DNA from: a virus
Virus record (IMG/VR): IMGVR_UViG_3300025536_000005
Location: 1-38,668 of that record
Strand: one strand, 5' to 3'
DNA: 38,668 nt
This document shows, one piece after another, positions 30,174 to 37,546 of this stretch (position 1 is the stretch's first letter; every line of letters starts with the position of its first letter). The translations under genes were made by a program, and so were the position numbers. The notes under the pieces were generated by a model. It was not told where the DNA came from. It ran no database searches and saw nothing but the letters and a program-made list of their open reading frames with translations.

Positions 30174-32423
30174 TTACGGCAGCGCGATCGTGCCGTCGCC
30201 CGCGGTCAAGCGGCGCCCGCCGACCCCGACGTTGCCAATTCGTTCGTTCACCGCGTCGGCCAGCGCGTCGATCGCGCCCGCCGTGCCCGACTGGTTGAGC
30301 GCGTCGATCGCGTTGACCAGTCGATCGAGTCCTGGGATCGAAGGCGCTCCGGCGCCCGCGCCCTGCACGCTGGCCGCCGCCTGGATGCTTGGCCCGATCG
30401 TGCTGACGTTGTCGTAGAGGCCGGTCAGCTCGGTGTCGATGCCGGCCTGCAAGCCGCTGATGATTGCGCGGCCCTCGGGAACCAGCAGCTTGCGGTCGTA
30501 GTCGATCGGCCCCTTGAGGCTCTTGATCTTGTTGGCGACCTTGCCGACGGTGTCATAGACCTTCGAGAGCAGCGAGTTGATGCCGTCGAGAAAGCCCTGA
30601 ATCACAGCCTTGCCCGCGCCGGTGAGCAGGTTGTCGAGATTCCCAAGCGCCGACTTGAGCTTGCCGGGAATCTTCCCTACAGCATCGACAGCATCATCGA
30701 TCCGATTTGAGATAGCGGACTTGAAGTCGTCGAACGCCGAGCGCGCTTTGCCAACAACCGCACTCGCCAGAGACGAGAGCGCGGACGCGGCTCGACCCGG
30801 CAGTCCTCGGATGAAGCCGACCACGTCGTTGATCCGATCCGAGACGAACGTCTTGACGGTGTTCCACGCCGAAGACGTCTTCGTCTTGACGGTGTTCCAT
30901 CCGGTCGAGATCTGGTTGCCGATCCACGTCAGGGCGCTCGACACAGCGGACTTGATGTCCTCCCAGCGATCCGAGAGGAACGTCTTGATCGAGTTCCAGA
31001 CCGATTCGGTCTTGGCCTTGATGTCGTCCCAGTTCTTGTAGATCAGCGCCGCGAGCGTGCCCAGGGGGCCGCCGATGAGCGTTCCGATGATGTACGGCCA
31101 GTATTCGGAAAAGTAGCTTTTCAGGCGATCCCAATTGGCGATGATCAGGCCGACCGCGATGACCATCGCCGCGACGATCCACGCGACCGGCCCGAGCCCG
31201 ATGATCCACGCGAGCGCCATCTGTGCGCCGGCCACCATCGCCGCGACCCCAATGCCGGCGATCAGCAGCGCCAGACCGATCAGAATCGGCTCGACGATCG
31301 GCCAGTTGTCGAGCAGGAACTTGAGTCCCTTATTGACGCCGTCGAAGATTCCGGTGGCGACGGGTTCGAGCTTCACCTTCAGCCGGTTCTTGAACTCCTG
31401 CCAGTTCTCCGAGAGGTCTTTGGTTTCGTCGGACGCTTTGCTGATCGAGCCGTCGCCGTTGCGAAAAACTTTGATCATGTCGTCAAGTTCGAACCGGCCC
31501 TGGCTGATGGCTTCGGCCATGTCCGCGCCAGCGCGTTTGCCGAACACCTCCATCGCGAGACCCGTCCGCTCGGCGGCCGGGATTCCCTTGTCCGAGAGAA
31601 CCGCGAAGATTTCGCGCAGCTTTCCGGCGGGTGTCTCGGCGTTCACGCCAAGCTTTTCGAGTTTGTCGGCGAGCTTGTCGGTTGGCGAGTTCAGGTTCGC
31701 CAGAGCCATCTTCAAGCCCGGCACCATCGTCTGGGTGTTGACGCCCGCCTTTTCGAAGACGCCGAACATCGCCGCCGATTCCTCAAGACTGAATCCAAGC
31801 TGGCGCAGCGGCGATCCGAACTTCTGCACGCTGCTCGCCAGATCCGAGACCGAGATCCCGGTGTCCTGGCTGATCGCAAAGAAGCCGTCAAGCGTGTCGG
31901 CCATCTTGCCGGTCGGCACCTCCCAGTCGACGAACGCCTTGGATACCGATTCGATGTTGCCCGACAGATCGGTTCCGGTCAGCCGCGAAAGTTCGACCAT
32001 TTGACCGGCGATCTCTTGCAGCACCGGCCCCGTCAACCCGAGCCGCTGATTGAGTTCGCCGACGGCAGTCGCAACAGTGTCGGCATCGGCCGGCACCGAA
32101 GCGAACACCGCGCGGAAGTCGTCTTTCAAGCCTTCAAGCTCGTCGCCAGTCGCCCCGGTGGCTACGACGATCTTGTCGTAGGCCGAGTCGAATTCCTCGC
32201 CCAGCTTGTAGAGCGCGGCACCCGCGACCGCTACACCTGCGACGACGGCGGCCCCGGCGACGACCATCCCCGCCTTGAAGTTGCCGCCCATGACCTGCGA
32301 GAGCTTCGTGCCGAGCGCAGAGAAAATGCCGTTGGTCTGTGTGTCCATCGCGGAGAGCGCGGCTTGGAGCGGCCCAGCATCTGCGTCGAGTTCAAGGATC
32401 GCCTTGCCGAGCGATTCCGCCAT
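30174..32423 (-). CDS. Tape measure protein
   Basis: 749 aa, helical and Gly/Ala-rich, with a central TM-like block and an 11-aa periodic W-x-x-V/I-K repeat. Follows the G/GT chaperone. Confidence 0.9.
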   Translation of the reverse strand: MAESLGKAILELDADAGPLQAALSAMDTQTNGIFSALGTKLSQVMGGNFKAGMVVAGAAVVAGVAVAGAALYKLGEEFDSAYDKIVVATGATGDELEGLKDDFRAVFASVPADADTVATAVGELNQRLGLTGPVLQEIAGQMVELSRLTGTDLSGNIESVSKAFVDWEVPTGKMADTLDGFFAISQDTGISVSDLASSVQKFGSPLRQLGFSLEESAAMFGVFEKAGVNTQTMVPGLKMALANLNSPTDKLADKLEKLGVNAETPAGKLREIFAVLSDKGIPAAERTGLAMEVFGKRAGADMAEAISQGRFELDDMIKVFRNGDGSISKASDETKDLSENWQEFKNRLKVKLEPVATGIFDGVNKGLKFLLDNWPIVEPILIGLALLIAGIGVAAMVAGAQMALAWIIGLGPVAWIVAAMVIAVGLIIANWDRLKSYFSEYWPYIIGTLIGGPLGTLAALIYKNWDDIKAKTESVWNSIKTFLSDRWEDIKSAVSSALTWIGNQISTGWNTVKTKTSSAWNTVKTFVSDRINDVVGFIRGLPGRAASALSSLASAVVGKARSAFDDFKSAISNRIDDAVDAVGKIPGKLKSALGNLDNLLTGAGKAVIQGFLDGINSLLSKVYDTVGKVANKIKSLKGPIDYDRKLLVPEGRAIISGLQAGIDTELTGLYDNVSTIGPSIQAAASVQGAGAGAPSIPGLDRLVNAIDALNQSGTAGAIDALADAVNERIGNVGVGGRRLTAGDGTIALP
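30849..30899 (-). repeat. 33-nt-period direct repeat inside the tape measure gene (CGTCTTGACGGTGTTCCA twice)
   Basis: Copies at 30849-30866 and 30882-30899. Encodes WNTVKT twice. Confidence 0.8.
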
Positions 32424-32424
32424 G

Positions 32425-33116
32425 TCACACCTCCTTTACCGGGATACCGAGCGCCGCGAGATCGCTGCGCGTTGCCTTCTTTGCCTTCTGTCTTGCGCCG
32501 GATTTGCGCTTGAGTTCGCCGACGTACCGCCGCCGGTCTTGAGGTTTCATCTGACCGCTGTTGCCCGCGGTCGTGGCTTCGACCGATCGGAGCTGCTGCA
32601 TCGCTTCGATGCGCGGCATCGCTGCCATGTAGGCGCGAAGCTTGACCATCGGGAGGCGAAACCACGCGGCAGGGTCGCCGCCGTAGAACGCTTGTAGCTG
32701 CGCTACCGCGAGGCCGATGTCTTGCGCTTGCTCTTGCCCCGGCTCGCCTCCACCGACTTCAACAGATCGGGGGAGGCCAGCAAAAAAGCCTCAAGGATCT
32801 TCACCTTCGCTCCGTCAGAGAGTTCGTCGAAGGCTTGATCCTCAAGGCTTGGAAGCATGAACCGAACGAGCCGAGATATCGCGTGAGCGAGCTTCTTGGC
32901 TTCGGCCGGCGTGATGTCGTTCGCTCGCTTCTTGTCGTCGAGCGTCTTGATGATGTCGCCGTAGCGGGCGATCTCTGCCTGCTGATCGAGATCAAGGTCT
33001 TCGACTTCGACTATCGGATAGAGCTTGCCGTCCGGCTCGCCCGACCAGCGCAGCAGTATGTCCTTGCGCTGCGCGGCGAGTGTTGAGAGTTCGAGGATCG
33101 GTGCGTCAGTTGTCAT
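32425..33116 (-). CDS. Tail assembly chaperone frameshift product (gpGT-like, ~230 aa) via a -1 shift at 32787-32781
   Basis: The -1 frame is open from the slippery site through track ORF 32425..32649. Frame arithmetic checked: 336 nt + 357 nt. Confidence 0.65.
32703..33116 (-). CDS. Tail assembly chaperone (gpG-like)
   Basis: 137 aa from MTTDAPILEL. Lies between the major tail and tape measure genes and contains the slippery site. Confidence 0.7.
   Translation of the reverse strand: MTTDAPILELSTLAAQRKDILLRWSGEPDGKLYPIVEVEDLDLDQQAEIARYGDIIKTLDDKKRANDITPAEAKKLAHAISRLVRFMLPSLEDQAFDELSDGAKVKILEAFLLASPDLLKSVEASRGKSKRKTSASR
32781..32787 (-). other. -1 programmed frameshift slippery heptamer U UUU UUG
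   Basis: The minus strand reads GAG GCT TTT TTG CTG in the zero frame. Confidence 0.65.
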
Positions 33117-33306
33117 CGTGTGACTCTGCCTTTCGGGGCTGTGTCTGAATCGTGATTCCCGCGTCACGGCAGAAAGCTTCGAGTTCTTCGGCCTTCTGCA
33201 TCAGCTCGCGGGCTTTCTGGCGCGAGGCGGCGGCCGAGCGCTTGTGCACCCGTGCCGCCGCTCGCAATTCGTCCGCCGCCTGTGCAACTGCTGTGGCGTC
33301 GGTCAT
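33106..33306 (-). CDS. Hypothetical 66-aa helical protein
   Basis: GC3-rich. Lies between the major tail and chaperone genes. Confidence 0.5.
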   Translation of the reverse strand: MTDATAVAQAADELRAAARVHKRSAAASRQKARELMQKAEELEAFCRDAGITIQTQPRKAESHDDN

Positions 33307-33310
33307 GGGG

Positions 33311-33898
33311 CTAGGACGCGGCTGCGGTCTGCTGCGTCAGGCGGTACGGGTTGCCGTCGCCTGCCACGTCGAGCGCGGTGAACGTCAGCTCGAGTCCTGC
33401 CGGCTCGCCCTTGTTGAACACCGGCTCCGGCTCGCCGCTCTGGTAGCACGAGTCGACCTCGAACTGACAGGCGAGCGAGTCGTTGACGCTTGAGATGCCG
33501 CGCGCCAAAAGCGCGAAGTTCGCCACTTGCAGACCGCGGCGGAGCGGGATCTTCTTGGTGCCGGGCACGCCCGAGCTCGCGGCCACGGTCGTGATCGCGG
33601 CGTCGTCGAGCACCTTGGCGACCTGCTCGGGGGTCAGGTCGACCAGCGTGAAGCTGATCTCCAAACCCTCTTCGGTGCGGAACGCCTTGCGGGGCACCGT
33701 GTCTCCGGCCGGGGTGAACGTCTCGATGCTCTGCGGGAGCGAGACGGTCACGCCGTCGTCGCTGTAGTTCTTATCGCCCGAGGTTCCGAGCTTCGTCCAG
33801 CTTCCGCCAGGCGACTCGTCGACGTCGGGGAACGCGGTTCCCACGGCGGCGAGGTAGACGGTCAGCGGAGCCGCGACGATTTCGTATGGGGCTGCCAT
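33311..33898 (-). CDS. Major tail protein
   Basis: 195 aa in the position upstream of the chaperone. Composition is rich in beta-strand-type residues. Confidence 0.65.
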   Translation of the reverse strand: MAAPYEIVAAPLTVYLAAVGTAFPDVDESPGGSWTKLGTSGDKNYSDDGVTVSLPQSIETFTPAGDTVPRKAFRTEEGLEISFTLVDLTPEQVAKVLDDAAITTVAASSGVPGTKKIPLRRGLQVANFALLARGISSVNDSLACQFEVDSCYQSGEPEPVFNKGEPAGLELTFTALDVAGDGNPYRLTQQTAAAS

Positions 33899-33901
33899 GT
33901 C

Positions 33902-34114
33902 CTATTTCTCCTTCTTGGTCTGCCCCGCGCTGCTCGCCGTGGGCTTGGTTTGCTTGGCTTCGGGCTCCGCGACCTGCGAAACCGGAATCTCTGGGTCAGC
34001 CAGCAGGCGCTTGCCGACCGCGTCCGGCACGTCTGCCGTCCTGCCGCCGCCGATCTTGATGTCCTCAACGATCAGCGTGTGATGCGCGTCGGCCTCGTAC
34101 TTGACTTTCATCAC
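33902..34114 (-). CDS. Hypothetical 70-aa protein
   Basis: AAGGAGG SD. The start overlaps the upstream stop (GTGATG). Confidence 0.5.
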   Translation of the reverse strand: MMKVKYEADAHHTLIVEDIKIGGGRTADVPDAVGKRLLADPEIPVSQVAEPEAKQTKPTASSAGQTKKEK

Positions 34115-34314
34115 GCCTCCTTTAGGCTGTGTGTGTGCTGCTTGATCGCTCCGAAGAGCCGATTCACGACTGCGTCGATCCGAACTGCCCGCACAGGCAC
34201 CTGCCTGCGGCTGATCACTTTCGGATTCACAACCCGCTGTGCGCCGAAGCGTTCATCGGGAGCGACGGGTCGGAAGTTCTGTGTTCGCTGCATCGCGGCC
34301 ATGCAGGGCCGCAC
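34111..34314 (-). CDS. Hypothetical 67-aa basic protein
   Basis: The frame is GC3-rich. The start codon is uncertain. Confidence 0.4.
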   Translation of the reverse strand: MRPCMAAMQRTQNFRPVAPDERFGAQRVVNPKVISRRQVPVRAVRIDAVVNRLFGAIKQHTHSLKEA

Positions 34315-34324
34315 CGCGGACTGA

Positions 34325-34753
34325 CTACACCGCCGAGAGTTCCCCGACCAACACCTGCCAACTAGAGAAGGTGAACGGCCAGTCGGTGTCGGGGTCGCGC
34401 AGCGGGATTGCGCCGCCGGACGAACGCGCCCAGTGCAGGACGCAGTCGCCGTAGACCGTTCGGCGCAACTGCTTCATGGCCGGGTGAACCGCAAGGTGCA
34501 GATCCTCGGCAAGGAACGGTGTCGCCGCGTAGCAGAGGACGTCGACGCGAATGTCGCCGTACTCCTGGAATCCCTGCCCGATCACGTCGAGGCCGCCGGC
34601 TCGCTTGACGACGATCGACGCTTCGGGCATCGAGTCGCATTCGTCTTCGGGCAACTCGCTGCCGAACACGCGCTCGCCGACCTCTTCGGCAACGGTCGTG
34701 TCGGCCTTCAAGTGCTCAACGAGCGCGAGGATCGGTGACGGTGCTGTGCTCAT
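34325..34753 (-). CDS. Tail terminator / tail completion protein (DUF3168-like)
   Basis: 142 aa. Position and size fit, with an RVFGSELPE...IVVKRAGG pattern. Confidence 0.5.
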   Translation of the reverse strand: MSTAPSPILALVEHLKADTTVAEEVGERVFGSELPEDECDSMPEASIVVKRAGGLDVIGQGFQEYGDIRVDVLCYAATPFLAEDLHLAVHPAMKQLRRTVYGDCVLHWARSSGGAIPLRDPDTDWPFTFSSWQVLVGELSAV

Positions 34754-35079
34754 GTTCCCAAGTTCTTCCTGATCTGCTCGGCGAGATTCGGGTAGTGCTT
34801 GTCGGCCTGGGGTCGCAGGAAGCCGTAGCCCTCAAGCAGCTCGACGTAGAGCGCGTATTCGACGGAGAACGATCCCCACTCGCCGACCATGCGGGTGCCG
34901 ACGGTCTCGGCAGGCTTGGATCGGATCGAGCCTTCGAGCACGCCGGTGCGGTTCTCAAAGGCGTGTTCGGTCTTGGCGTCGATCACGCACTTGGCGAGGA
35001 TCTGATCGATCCCGAGCGCCGTTGCCTTGCCGACTTCCGAGAAAACCTTGTCGCCCTCCCATTGCACCTTGCTGGCCAT
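34750..35079 (-). CDS. HK97 gp10-family head-tail joining protein
   Basis: NRTGVLEGSIRS...GSFSVEYALYVELL matches the gp10 family pattern. Confidence 0.6.
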   Translation of the reverse strand: MASKVQWEGDKVFSEVGKATALGIDQILAKCVIDAKTEHAFENRTGVLEGSIRSKPAETVGTRMVGEWGSFSVEYALYVELLEGYGFLRPQADKHYPNLAEQIRKNLGT

Positions 35080-35423
35080 CAGACCGCCTCGATCAGTAGC
35101 TCCATGTGGTCGGATCGCCGGGCGACGGATTCGATCCGCATCGGCCCCGCGTAAAGCTCGGTGCCCTGCCGGTCGGTGACGGACGCGATCCGGTCGAGCG
35201 TTGTGACGTCGGTGTCCAGCGGCACGATCATCCGGCGGTCGTTGACCGCGACGGTCTTCTCGCCGTCGGTCGCCTCGCGGCCGGAGGTCTGCCAGATGAA
35301 GCAGGGAAGGTCGTCGATGTGAGGCCGCCAGTCCGGCGTGCCCTTGCCGCCGAAGGGGTCGCGGTTGGTCTGCATCTGGCGCTCGACGGTGGCCCGTTGG
35401 CGCATCCGCTGGCGCGCGCTCAT
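35079..35423 (-). CDS. Head closure / head-tail adaptor protein
   Basis: 114 aa: RQRATVERQMQTNRDPFGG...WRPHIDDLPCFIWQTSGRE...DRRMIVPLDTDVTTLDRI. Confidence 0.6.
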   Translation of the reverse strand: MSARQRMRQRATVERQMQTNRDPFGGKGTPDWRPHIDDLPCFIWQTSGREATDGEKTVAVNDRRMIVPLDTDVTTLDRIASVTDRQGTELYAGPMRIESVARRSDHMELLIEAV

Positions 35424-35953
35424 ACGATCAGGTTCCCCCGGCGCGGCGCGAGCGTTGCGATCAGCTTCTCGCGTTCGGTGCGGTAGTCGAGGGACTGCGA
35501 TGACGTGTCTCCGACCCGCGTACTGCCGGTGGCGTCGTACTCGATCGAGAGCAGGCAGACCTTGATCGTCACTTCGTCTCGCTCGTCCTGATCGTCGATG
35601 GGCGTGTACGTGACGACAACCTTCGGCGCCCAGTAGTCGGCGCGGTTGGTGCCAGACGCAAGGCGCTCGATCGTGCGGCCTCCGTTGCGAATGTCGTAGT
35701 CGCCGGAGACGAGGGTCTGCGTGGTCGTGCCACGCGGGTAGTCGGTGTGCTCGACGATCGTCACAGCCTGAGCAGTGTCGATCGGGCGAGCAATGTCCAA
35801 GATCCTCGACCCCCCGCGAAGCTCCACCGAACCGGACGCGATCGTGCCAAAGCGCTGGGCGATCTCGCCCTGCACGTCGTCAATGAGCGCGGTCATCTCG
35901 GTGTCGGTCAGATCGGTCTCTGACCTCTCGCGGAGTCGGTCGAGGATTGCCAT
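35420..35953 (-). CDS. gp6-like head-tail connector protein
   Basis: The N-terminus MAILDRLRERSETDLTDTEMTALIDDVQGEIAQRFG is typical of the family. Confidence 0.5.
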   Translation of the reverse strand: MAILDRLRERSETDLTDTEMTALIDDVQGEIAQRFGTIASGSVELRGGSRILDIARPIDTAQAVTIVEHTDYPRGTTTQTLVSGDYDIRNGGRTIERLASGTNRADYWAPKVVVTYTPIDDQDERDEVTIKVCLLSIEYDATGSTRVGDTSSQSLDYRTEREKLIATLAPRRGNLIV

Positions 35954-35956
35954 CGG

Positions 35957-36277
35957 CTACTTGGACTTGGCCGGTGTGCGCGGCTTTTTCTTGGCCGGTG
36001 TGCGCGGCTTGGGCGCGGGCTTGGCAGGTGCCTCTTCCTTGGCCGGCTCTGCCGCGGGCTGTTCCGCCGGGTCGATCAGCTTGCCGTCGGCGTCGATCAG
36101 TCCGACCTCGCGTGCGCGGTCGTACGTGATCGTGGCACCTTCGGCGCCCAGCAGGAACGCTGCGGACTTGTCGCCCACCTCGACGATCTGGCCGTCCGCG
36201 TCGAGGTAGAGCCGACGCGGCAGGCGCACCTTGCCGTTCTTGACGGGGTCCGGCCCCTGGATGATCTCGAGTCCCAT
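35957..36277 (-). CDS. Hypothetical 106-aa head-module protein with a Lys/Pro/Ala-rich, H1/HU-tail-like C-terminus
   Basis: Start MGLEIIQGPD at 36277. The C-terminus is EPAKEEAPAKPAPKPRTPAKKKPRTPAKSK. Confidence 0.6.
   Translation of the reverse strand: MGLEIIQGPDPVKNGKVRLPRRLYLDADGQIVEVGDKSAAFLLGAEGATITYDRAREVGLIDADGKLIDPAEQPAAEPAKEEAPAKPAPKPRTPAKKKPRTPAKSK
35966..36010 (-). repeat. Tandem direct repeat, 21-nt identical units at a 24-nt period (CTTGGCCGGTGTGCGCGGCTT)
   Basis: Copies at 35966-35986 and 35990-36010. Encodes KPRTPAK twice. Confidence 0.85.
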
Positions 36278-36279
36278 GA

Positions 36280-36621
36280 TCAGATCCTCGCTGCGGCCAT
36301 CGTCAAGCCGGTGATGTTCGAGAACGTCACCGCGATCTTGCCGTCCGCGTTGTTGTAGATTTCCCGGGGGAACGGGCCGATGTGCTTGTCGCCGGTTGTC
36401 GCCGGGACCGTGACCGTCAGGTCGCCGACCGCCAGACCATCCACCGTGTTCGGGGTGGCGATCGTGACGGTGCAATCCGTTGCGCCGGACTTCTTGATGT
36501 GGAGGATCGTCTTGCCGTCGTTGGGCACCAAGTAGGTGTCCGAGACGGAGAGCGATCCGGTGTCGGTCAGGTCGATGCCCGTACGGGTGATCTCCTGAAC
36601 TGTGACTGCTACGTCTGCCAT
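36280..36621 (-). CDS. Hypothetical beta-rich head-associated protein (113 aa)
   Basis: GC3-rich. Downstream of the capsid gene. Confidence 0.55.
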   Translation of the reverse strand: MADVAVTVQEITRTGIDLTDTGSLSVSDTYLVPNDGKTILHIKKSGATDCTVTIATPNTVDGLAVGDLTVTVPATTGDKHIGPFPREIYNNADGKIAVTFSNITGLTMAAARI

Positions 36622-36630
36622 GTGGCCTCC

Positions 36631-36894
36631 TTAGGTCACAAGGACACGAGTGTCCGCTGGGGTTGACTGGATTGCCGACGTGGTGATCGCGTTGAGCGCG
36701 ACACCGGGCGGCAGGTCGAACGTCGCCTCGCCGGAAGTGGCGGCGACGTGGTAGCTGGTAGCCACCACTGCCGCCGCGCCGATCTCGACGTAGATCGCGT
36801 TCGGGCCGAGGTTCTTGAGCTTGACCGTCCGATGCTGATCGGGGTCGGCTGCGACTACCTCGGTGGTCGACGTGTTGACCGCGACGGCAGCCAT
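36631..36894 (-). CDS. Hypothetical beta-rich head-associated protein (87 aa)
   Basis: GC3-rich. Confidence 0.55.
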   Translation of the reverse strand: MAAVAVNTSTTEVVAADPDQHRTVKLKNLGPNAIYVEIGAAAVVATSYHVAATSGEATFDLPPGVALNAITTSAIQSTPADTRVLVT

Positions 36895-36895
36895 A

Positions 36896-37453
36896 TCACG
36901 TCTCGTAGAAGTCCACGATCACGGGCGAGCCGTCGAGCGTGGAGCTGAGGGTGATGACGTTCTTCTCAACCTCGTCCGAGTCGACGACGACCGTCGGGTG
37001 CGTTGACTCGCGAACGCCGTTGAACGTGACCCGGACGACCGTGTCACGCGAGATCGGAGCGTCGAGCCCGAGCTTTGCGCCCGTGCCCACCGCCGTGGTC
37101 GCGCCGGTGCCGTCGTGCGCCGGGATCGTGATGCTGGTCACGGTCTTGAACGCCTTGACGCCGGTCACGGTTCCGGTCGTGTTCACCGTGAACGCCGGAA
37201 GCGTCTCAGTGATGACCTGGTCGTGAATGTTCGTGCCGACCACTACGACGGAGATCGCCTTCACGTCGCCCGCCGTGCCGCCGGCCGTGGCCGTCAGACA
37301 CCGAGGAACGTCCGGGTTGGTGATGCCAGTCGTGATGACCTGCTGCGCTCCGTTGTCGGTGACCGCTGCCTTGACGGCGGTGGTCGCGCCAACGGCCGGC
37401 GAGCCGATCGCCAACTGCCTGATGCGACGCTGTGCGCCTTCGATGATTCCCAT
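36896..37453 (-). CDS. Hypothetical structural protein (185 aa; possible decoration/cement protein)
   Basis: First gene after the capsid gene. Thr/Val/Gly-rich. AAAGGAG SD. Confidence 0.55.
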   Translation of the reverse strand: MGIIEGAQRRIRQLAIGSPAVGATTAVKAAVTDNGAQQVITTGITNPDVPRCLTATAGGTAGDVKAISVVVVGTNIHDQVITETLPAFTVNTTGTVTGVKAFKTVTSITIPAHDGTGATTAVGTGAKLGLDAPISRDTVVRVTFNGVRESTHPTVVVDSDEVEKNVITLSSTLDGSPVIVDFYET

Positions 37454-37480
37454 CGTGCTGTTCTCCTTTGCTTGGGGTCA

Positions 37481-37504
37481 GGGGCCAGCCGTAAGGCCAG
37501 CCCC
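37481..37504 (-). terminator. Strong hairpin just downstream of the capsid gene (attenuator / RNA-stability element)
   Basis: The minus-strand RNA GGGGCUGGCC-UUAC-GGCUGGCCCC forms a 10-bp stem with two G-U pairs. There is no U tract. Confidence 0.5.
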
Positions 37505-37546
37505 CTCCCTCATGCTTCGTGGCTTAGAAGCCAGTGACGTTGCAGA

